Positions 61,051 to 61,246 of a stretch of DNA of 61,246 nt are shown here, piece after piece. Below the pieces are notes generated by a model that worked only from the letters and a program-made list of their open reading frames with translations, made no database searches and was not told the DNA's origin. This stretch comes from a virus (taxonomy: Duplodnaviria > Caudoviricetes). The position numbers and the translations under genes are program-made. Within the stretch, counting starts at the first letter, position 1. Every line of letters starts with the position of its first letter. The stretch lies in the IMG/VR virus record IMGVR_UViG_3300044251_000017, positions 1 through 61,246 of that record; one strand, written 5' to 3'.

Positions 61051-61246
61051 CTATCCGCGAGTTCCAGTCGGGATGTCCGGCGACCACACAGAGCCGCCGC
61101 GCGTCCGCGCCTTGGGGTTGACCGCGGCAAGCCATCCGTCGATCGGCGGGATGCCGGTCCGGCGCTTGTCCAGCCAGGTCGTCGGGTCGATCGTGATGGT
61201 GATGCCCTGCCGGGTGACCTGCGTGGCCTTGATCGGAATGGCACAC
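61051..61246 (-). CDS. Head-to-tail adaptor, 3' part
   Basis: CAIPIKATQVTRQGITI...TGIPPIDGWLAAVNP...VWSPD. Confidence 0.75.
   Translation of the reverse strand, partial: CAIPIKATQVTRQGITITIDPTTWLDKRRTGIPPIDGWLAAVNPKARTRGGSVWSPDIPTGTRG

Larger units (their letters stand above)
1..61246. mobile_element. Complete or near-complete actinobacterial siphophage genome, possible phage-plasmid
   Basis: Full head, tail, lysis and replication gene set; one gene spans the window junction; no integrase recognised. Confidence 0.93.

Noticed and set aside
1-61246. Integrase, attP, ParA, reverse transcriptase or DNA polymerase
   Set aside because: No ORF shows the corresponding motifs; absence is by eye and a divergent gene could be missed

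Overview
This window is an apparently complete, circular, high-GC actinobacterial siphophage genome, mostly encoded on the minus strand. The head-tail adaptor gene runs across the window ends, with about 1 nt missing at the join. It encodes terminase, portal, head protease, major capsid, tail, lysis, replication (initiator plus DnaB-like helicase), recombination (ERF-like, SSB, RusA-like), two WhiB proteins and a C5 DNA methyltransferase. I see no integrase, classical CI repressor, ParA, tRNA or CRISPR array. Main observations: (1) a plus-strand operon encoding a Streptomyces TraB/FtsK-like DNA translocase and a DUF2637/Spd-like membrane DNA-binding protein, overlying a dense cluster of CGGWCCG palindromes, which suggests a phage-plasmid that can also move by actinomycete-type conjugation; (2) 19 copies of a CCCCC-N6/7-GGGGG palindrome, most filling or flanking sigma70-type promoter spacers of mostly leaderless genes, with a tandem ribbon-helix-helix protein as candidate regulator; (3) two promoter-driven structured non-coding RNAs and a plasmid-like structured replication leader with a coupled leader peptide; (4) a predicted -1 frameshift extending the head protease; (5) candidate anti-defence modules (Acb2/Tad1-like hairpin, 2H phosphoesterase) in the head region. 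Family assignments come from motif recognition by eye and counts are by hand; nothing was searched or folded computationally.
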